Source: Promethearchaeota archaeon (lineage in GTDB: Archaea; Asgardarchaeota; Lokiarchaeia; Sigyniarchaeales; Promethearchaeaceae). Taken from it: 32,000 bases of DNA. The position numbers and the translations under genes are program-made. This document shows, piece by piece, positions 26,780 to 32,000 of the stretch. Within the stretch, counting starts at the first letter, position 1; the number at the start of each line of letters is the position of its first letter. The stretch covers positions 65,693 through 97,692 of the forward strand of contig JAFGBS010000033.1 of assembly GCA_016933055.1 (NCBI GenBank), in the 5' to 3' direction. The notes beneath the pieces are model-generated. The model searched no databases. It was not told the origin of the DNA and was given only the letters and a program-made list of their open reading frames with translations.

Positions 26780-27535
26780 TTATATTTGATCCAAAATATC
26801 GCTTTTCTTTTTATCGTAATCCTCTTGAGTTATAATTCCATTATCCAGTAATTCCTTTAGTTTCTCCAATTTGTTTAAAGGCGCCATTGGATCTTCCTTT
26901 TCCGTTCGAGCTCTTGTTTCAAACCAAGGTTCGGGAGCATGTGGTGCTCTTGGGGGGGTAGGTGGTCTTACATGTTTCATTCTCCTAACATGTGGAAATT
27001 CCCGTTCCAACTTGTATAAGGATTTTTTAACCGCATCTTGTACCTTTTCGTTTATTGTTTTTCCAAGTTCTTCCATCTTCTTCCCTATTTCTTCAAAATC
27101 GATTTCTTCAATTTTCTTTTCGAAATCTTCATAGTCAAAATCGATATCTACTTTTATATCTTTTAATTTCTCTAAATCTCTCAATTTTTCGAGACCTTTC
27201 AGTCCTTCTAGGCCTTTCAGTCCTTCCTCTAAACCTTCTTTCAATTCTTCTTCAAAGTCTTTCAATTCTTCTAATCCCTCTTTAAATCCTAATTCTAATT
27301 GTTTTGCTAAATCTACTCCTGCTTCCCCCAAGGCCATGATTCCATCAAGTGAACCTCGGATTAGCTCGGAAACAGAGACTCCTGCCTTTTTAGCGTATTT
27401 TTTTACCCTTTCTCTCATGTATTTCGGGATTGTAAAATTCACGCGGACAAATTCGTCCTCCTCTTCTTCCTCCCCATCTTCTTCCTCCTCGTCATCGAAG
27501 AAATCAGGGTCCTTATCCTCATTAAAATCTGTCAT
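26780..27535 (-). CDS. Ribbon-helix-helix (CopG-like) regulator fused to a charged coiled coil, Pro-rich linker and C-terminal SHOCT domain
   Basis: Acidic N-terminus, RHH FVRVNFTIPKYMRERVKKYAKKAGVSVSELIRGSLD, PPTPPRAPHAP, SHOCT-like LEKLKELLDNGIITQEDYDKKKSDIL. Confidence 0.8.
   Translation of the reverse strand: MTDFNEDKDPDFFDDEEEEDGEEEEEDEFVRVNFTIPKYMRERVKKYAKKAGVSVSELIRGSLDGIMALGEAGVDLAKQLELGFKEGLEELKDFEEELKEGLEEGLKGLEGLKGLEKLRDLEKLKDIKVDIDFDYEDFEKKIEEIDFEEIGKKMEELGKTINEKVQDAVKKSLYKLEREFPHVRRMKHVRPPTPPRAPHAPEPWFETRARTEKEDPMAPLNKLEKLKELLDNGIITQEDYDKKKSDILDQI
27195..27272. repeat. In-frame intragenic tandem repeats (14 bp x2 at 18-bp period; 15 bp x2 at 21-bp period)
   Basis: CCTTTCAGTCCTTC at 27195 and 27213; TCTTTCAATTCTTCT at 27237 and 27258. 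They encode EGLKG and EELK units. Confidence 0.8.
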
Positions 27536-27732
27536 TTTCTTTAGTTTCTCCGTTATTTATTTTTATTTTCGTCGATATTGTACTTTTTTTGAGTAGTTTT
27601 TCATTTCGGACATATAACTAGACATGTTTTTGGTTAGATAGATTTCATGATATTGAATTTCTGACATTTTTTTTTATTCACCTATTTGTTGTTTATACAC
27701 ATTGAGTGTTAAGTATACATATTCAATACATA

Positions 27733-27746
27733 TATATAAATCTTTG
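27733..27746 (-). promoter_or_regulatory. Candidate BRE-TATA promoter (CAAAGA-TTTATATA) for the RHH-SHOCT gene
   Basis: Minus strand reads CAAAGATTTATATATA about 200 bp upstream of the ATG and matches the archaeal TATA consensus. Confidence 0.5.
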
Positions 27747-27752
27747 CACATC

Positions 27753-27774
27753 CAATACACATCAGTGTGTATTG
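27753..27774. promoter_or_regulatory. Perfect 9-bp inverted repeat CAATACACA-tcag-TGTGTATTG, candidate operator
   Basis: Read directly. It lies immediately upstream of the candidate BRE of an RHH regulator gene. Confidence 0.6.
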
Positions 27775-27856
27775 ATCCCTTAAAACCATGTATAGGTCGA
27801 TCAAACAGATTTGGAAGATTTGGAGAAGAAAAAAATCTTAGGTAGTTACCAAATGA

Positions 27857-28681
27857 TTATTCCGTGTCTGGAATGGCAATTGCAATTCCAGAGAAAAATG
27901 AGATGAAACCGACGAACAGAATCCATTCCCACATAGAGGTGGAAAATGCTAATATTTCAACTATCTTGCTTCCCAGCAAAGAACCAATGAAAGCCCAAGG
28001 TTGTGTAACTGCTGAACCAACTACCGCAATTCCAAAAATAATTAAAGAGGGTATAATTTTCTTAATATCAACGAATTTTGTGCCCCCTTTTCTTAGATTG
28101 TTATCACGGAATAAAATTACCAGCAGGGTAGTGCTACCAAAAATAAAGCAGGAAAAAAGAATTGCTGCAATAGGCCAGTGAATGATCTTGAGTTGAAATG
28201 TCGAGTTAAAAAAATTCACTTCAGCATCAGCGATAAATGCAATCAAAAACATTCCCACGCAAGTTACTTGGTATAATCTGAGGAACAATTTTGCCAATTT
28301 GGGTGGTGAAATATGCGCAATTCTTTGATAGATATAATAGGAAAAACTTAATAGTGAAAAGCATCCTACTAACAAACTCAACGAGAACCCCCACCAGCCG
28401 GTTCTATTTATAAGATAATTCCCTAGTTTCGATATGGAATGAGTGAGTACGGAATATTGTTCAGGAAAAAGCATATAAGCAGCAAATAACCCACCGAGAA
28501 ATATAAACAGAAATGTAGGAATGAATGTGCTGGTTAAGAATTTCTTTGAATAATTACCAAATATATAATCTCGGAAAGTATAATCTTTCCATGATTTTGC
28601 ATCTATTTTCAACTCTTTGAAATGATTTTTAACAGATTCACGCAATCGATTCGTTTTACTGTTATTTTTTTTATAATACAC
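27857..28681 (-). CDS. DUF998-like multi-pass membrane protein
   Basis: GTG start with GGAG upstream, YSVLTHSISKLG motif, about six TM helices, conserved-looking His (IHWPIA). Confidence 0.6.
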   Translation of the reverse strand: MYYKKNNSKTNRLRESVKNHFKELKIDAKSWKDYTFRDYIFGNYSKKFLTSTFIPTFLFIFLGGLFAAYMLFPEQYSVLTHSISKLGNYLINRTGWWGFSLSLLVGCFSLLSFSYYIYQRIAHISPPKLAKLFLRLYQVTCVGMFLIAFIADAEVNFFNSTFQLKIIHWPIAAILFSCFIFGSTTLLVILFRDNNLRKGGTKFVDIKKIIPSLIIFGIAVVGSAVTQPWAFIGSLLGSKIVEILAFSTSMWEWILFVGFISFFSGIAIAIPDTE

Positions 28682-29016
28682 TTAACCAGTCTCCAATTAT
28701 TCAACAATAATACACTATTTTTGAATCTCTTTTGTTTAATACAGTGAATATATCATCGCCTAAAAGTAAATTGGTCATCAATTCCATCAAAAACCGATAA
28801 AAACTTAGCTATTTACTGGTTTATTTTAATATACTGCTTTTTAATTAATATTTCACTTGAGGAATTCAACAAACATGCTTTTGAAGGTGAAGGTGACAAA
28901 TCAACGGAAATTTCCCAGAGAAGATGCAATTTTAATATATTGGAGATTTCCCTGAATCCACGTAAATCTGGTAGAGATAATGAAATACACGAAAAATAGC
29001 ATAGAGTGTTAATAGC

Positions 29017-29892
29017 TTAAAAACCCCAAAAACCGAAAATATCTAAGATTATTGGTATTCCCATTATGATCGCTAATGAAGCAAGTAATTTTTTTAAAAA
29101 AACTCCATTCATTCGATGGGATAGGATAGTTCCTGAGAAAGCCCCTATTAAGGAAGCAATTCCCATTGGGAGTATAAAGTTCCACAATATTGGAGCGGAA
29201 CCCGTTCCAAAGCCAGGAAAATTCCAATCAATAAGCGGAAAAATTGCTGCCGTGAGAAAACCGAACGCATTTGTGAAAACCATCGAAAATTCTGCGGTTG
29301 CTACAGAAATTAATGGTGTTAGACCCAACAAAATCATCGTCGATGTGTATACGGTACCTCCCCCCATACCAACACTACCTGTGACAAATCCACCAAGAAA
29401 AGATGAGGTTAAGATAAGAATCCATTTTTTAGAACTTTTTATCTGAATATAATGTTCTTTATCCATAAAGGACACGGTAACTATACGAGATTCAGCATGT
29501 TCTTTAACACGATTTCTACGTAGTAATATTAAGATAGCAAGAAGCCACAGCAATCCTACAACCAAGACTTTCAAAACATTTGGCGATTTTAAGTAAAGAA
29601 TATCTGCTATCCATTTACCCACCAATAAACCGGGTATTGCGAATAAATCATATACTAATCCTAATTTCCAATCAATACAATTATACTGAAAATACCCTAC
29701 TGTGGCTGAGATGGTGACAAATAACATACAAAAAAGGGATATTTCTCGCGCTTCAGGAACACTTAATTCAAAAAACGTTACGAGTAAAGGAACAAATAGC
29801 ACACCCCCTCCTATCCCAACCATAGAGCTCAGAAAACTTACTAATAACGCAATACTAAATAGTAAAAGAAAAAATCCGATGGCAATTTCCAT
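29017..29892 (-). CDS. TSUP (TauE/SafE) family sulfur-compound/anion transporter
   Basis: SSMVGIGGGVLFVPLL and the internal repeat TGSVGMGGGTVYT; IGAFSGTILS..MNGVFLKK. Confidence 0.88.
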   Translation of the reverse strand: MEIAIGFFLLLFSIALLVSFLSSMVGIGGGVLFVPLLVTFFELSVPEAREISLFCMLFVTISATVGYFQYNCIDWKLGLVYDLFAIPGLLVGKWIADILYLKSPNVLKVLVVGLLWLLAILILLRRNRVKEHAESRIVTVSFMDKEHYIQIKSSKKWILILTSSFLGGFVTGSVGMGGGTVYTSTMILLGLTPLISVATAEFSMVFTNAFGFLTAAIFPLIDWNFPGFGTGSAPILWNFILPMGIASLIGAFSGTILSHRMNGVFLKKLLASLAIIMGIPIILDIFGFWGF

Positions 29893-29909
29893 TTTATATC
29901 TTCAATTTC

Positions 29910-30497
29910 CTAATCTAAGAATTTCACTTCTCCAGTATCTAAATCATAAAGAGCAGGGATAATACATGGCATATTACATCCATCAATTAACTCAGATAGT
30001 ACTTGTCTGATGTAATTCACTTGTGTTTTTACATTTTCACACCATTGTCCTTGGGGAAAAAAGCCGAACCATTTTAATGGATCCTGTCCTGTTTGTTTCT
30101 CTATTTTATCAAGTGTATTTTTACCCAATTTTGTCATCAGATGCTCGATTTTATTTTTATCCCCTAAAATTGACATACCGCAGCGAGTATGCCCTAACAC
30201 GATCAAGAATTTCGCACTTAATTCATATATTGCTATGAGTACAGAGCGTAATATATCCTCTGTAATCATGTTGCCTGCATTCTTCAGAACTAATAACTCC
30301 CCCGGTTTTACGTTAAAGATTCGTTCTACTTGTACACGGGAATCAACACAAGAGAGAATAATAGTTCTCATAGAATCATTTACTGTATCCGAACCGTCTT
30401 TTATTTTCATCCAAATCTCATTTCTCGAAAGAAGCATAGATTTCAATTCTTCTTTATCTGTGTCTTCTTCGCAATAACATAGGTTATCCTCTGGCAT
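29910..30497 (-). CDS. Beta-carbonic anhydrase, cab-type/clade D
   Basis: Zn ligands CVDSR (CxDxR) and HTRC (HxxC); KNAGN; LYDLDTGEV end. Confidence 0.9.
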   Translation of the reverse strand: MPEDNLCYCEEDTDKEELKSMLLSRNEIWMKIKDGSDTVNDSMRTIILSCVDSRVQVERIFNVKPGELLVLKNAGNMITEDILRSVLIAIYELSAKFLIVLGHTRCGMSILGDKNKIEHLMTKLGKNTLDKIEKQTGQDPLKWFGFFPQGQWCENVKTQVNYIRQVLSELIDGCNMPCIIPALYDLDTGEVKFLD

Positions 30498-30593
30498 GGA
30501 ACTTCACTGAAATGTTTATGAGGAGAAATTTATGAAAGCTTAAAGAGTTTCCCAAGAAGAAAATTAGAAAAAAACAAGAGAAGAAAAAAAAAA

Positions 30594-31895
30594 TTATGCT
30601 TGTTCGGGTGGTTTTAGGAAATAGGCTAGTCCGATTGCTCCTAAAGATAGGACACCCATGATGATAAATAATCCAATGAATCCTATCGTGGCACCTAACA
30701 CACTGGATAACAACGCTCCAGCTATCCCCGCTATGCCATAAGCCGTGAATACTAATCCATAGTTTGGACCCAAATTCTGAATTCCAAATGTGTCTGCTGT
30801 TGCTGTAGGATAAAGAGAAAAATTTCCTCCAAAGCAGAAATAGATTAAATTCACCACTATGAAGAAGAACCACCCAATGCCACCAATAATTGGTAATAGA
30901 ACCATTAATATAGCCTGGACTCCGAACATGGCAAACATAGTCTTTTTGTAGCCCAATTTGTCGGAAAGGAATCCCCAAAATATTCTTCCCAGTCCATTGA
31001 ATAATGCTGCCCAAGCTCCTACTTGAGTAAGGAGTACATCCGTTAAACCTTCCTCTAACCCAAAAGTTTTGAAATTACCTATCGTAAACAAACCTGCTGC
31101 AGCGGTAAGAATAAACATTCCCCACAGCATCCAAAATTGAGGTGTTCTTATAGATTTTTCTCGAGGGATTTCAACCAAAATTTCTTTACCATCTTCAGAG
31201 AGTTTCACTGGTGGTGCCCAATTTGGGGGACAATATCCTTCTTCTGGATTTTGCAGTAAAAAAGATCCTCCCACGGTCATTAGTAAATAGATACCTCCCA
31301 GTAACAAAAAGATCCATGGTACACGTTCAATTATCGGAGATACTGCTTCATAGTACTTCTTTCCATCGATTGTATTAATAATAGTCGGATCTAGATTATT
31401 TGGATTGATAAATGCTTTAGTTATAAGATTAAAAATAAACGCACCTGCACCAAATCCAGCTACGGCAATTCCATTAATCAATCCTTTCTTATCTGGAAAC
31501 CATTTAGCAGCACAAGCAATAGGGCATACATATGCAAATCCAATTCCAATTCCAAAGAGAATCCCGTAGGTGAAAAAAGCACCAACAAAACTTTTCATGA
31601 AGAATGTCAAAATTACACCCAAACTCATTAACACGGCACCAATCAACCCAACAGTCATCGGACCCATTTTTTGTTGCAATTTACCGCTAAAAATCATGGT
31701 TACAGCGAAAGCTAACAAACCAACGGCGAAAATGTACTGAGTGTGTTGATACAAAATATTCGAATTTTGCGCTTGTAAGTAGGATGTAAAATAGGGTGTT
31801 AAATTTCCCCATGAATAAATAGTCCCTAATGCAAGTTGGATTAAAACTGCACCAATCACTACTATCCATCGATTCCTAATTTTTATTTCAAACAT
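30594..31895 (-). CDS. MFS transporter, oxalate:formate antiporter (OFA)-like
   Basis: QLALGTIYSW, GIGIGFAYVCP...KWFPDKKGLINGIAVAGFG, TPQFWMLW, NGLGRIFWGFLSDKLG, FGGNFSLYP..TADTFG...GPNYG. ATG at 31895 after AGGTTGA. Confidence 0.9.
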   Translation of the reverse strand: MFEIKIRNRWIVVIGAVLIQLALGTIYSWGNLTPYFTSYLQAQNSNILYQHTQYIFAVGLLAFAVTMIFSGKLQQKMGPMTVGLIGAVLMSLGVILTFFMKSFVGAFFTYGILFGIGIGFAYVCPIACAAKWFPDKKGLINGIAVAGFGAGAFIFNLITKAFINPNNLDPTIINTIDGKKYYEAVSPIIERVPWIFLLLGGIYLLMTVGGSFLLQNPEEGYCPPNWAPPVKLSEDGKEILVEIPREKSIRTPQFWMLWGMFILTAAAGLFTIGNFKTFGLEEGLTDVLLTQVGAWAALFNGLGRIFWGFLSDKLGYKKTMFAMFGVQAILMVLLPIIGGIGWFFFIVVNLIYFCFGGNFSLYPTATADTFGIQNLGPNYGLVFTAYGIAGIAGALLSSVLGATIGFIGLFIIMGVLSLGAIGLAYFLKPPEQA

Positions 31896-32000
31896 AGTAA
31901 TCAACCTATTTTATTATAATATCTAAGGTCAGATATTGATTACATGTCTAGGGGATTTTTAAAAAACATTTCTTCTCGAGATTAATCCGTAATTAACACA

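Noticed and set aside
1645-31869. The many 60-176 aa ORFs in the track that lie antisense to or out of frame within long genes (for example 7398..7589, 16840..17079, 29066..29446, 30484..31014)
   Set aside because: Fully overlap well-supported genes and have no motifs; shadow ORFs.
1-32000. CRISPR arrays, IS elements, integrases, tRNA and rRNA genes
   Set aside because: No regularly spaced repeats with spacers, no transposase or recombinase motifs, no cloverleaf or rRNA-like GC-rich segments seen by eye.

Overview
AT-rich archaeal chromosomal window, most consistent with an Asgard (Lokiarchaeia-like) genome. This is inferred from an archaeal-type LeuRS, HTH_10 and DUF166 genes and a longin-like domain, not from a search. 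About 23 protein genes; no rRNA, tRNA, CRISPR array or mobile element was seen. Left to right: (1) the 3' part of a giant (>1880 aa) single-pass surface protein with many N-glycosylation sequons and a cytoplasmic longin-like domain plus two winged-helix-like segments, convergent with a stand-alone 7TM protein; (2) two 3beta-HSD-like extended SDRs, a divergent HTH_10 regulator and a clear steroid 5alpha-reductase (SRD5A/DET2 family); (3) a four-gene two-component cassette containing an Asp-to-Glu receiver; (4) ltaE, an AlkZ-like protein, an orphan beta-class DNA methyltransferase, DUF166, leuS and a nitroreductase; (5) an RHH-SHOCT fusion regulator with a palindrome beside its promoter; (6) an OFA-type MFS / beta-carbonic anhydrase / TSUP run. 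Best candidate for an undescribed system: the 5alpha-reductase + two SDRs + regulator cluster, a possible archaeal steroid or polyprenoid oxidation-reduction module. Second: the longin/winged-helix transmembrane receptor-like protein. All family calls are by eye from motifs; nothing was searched.
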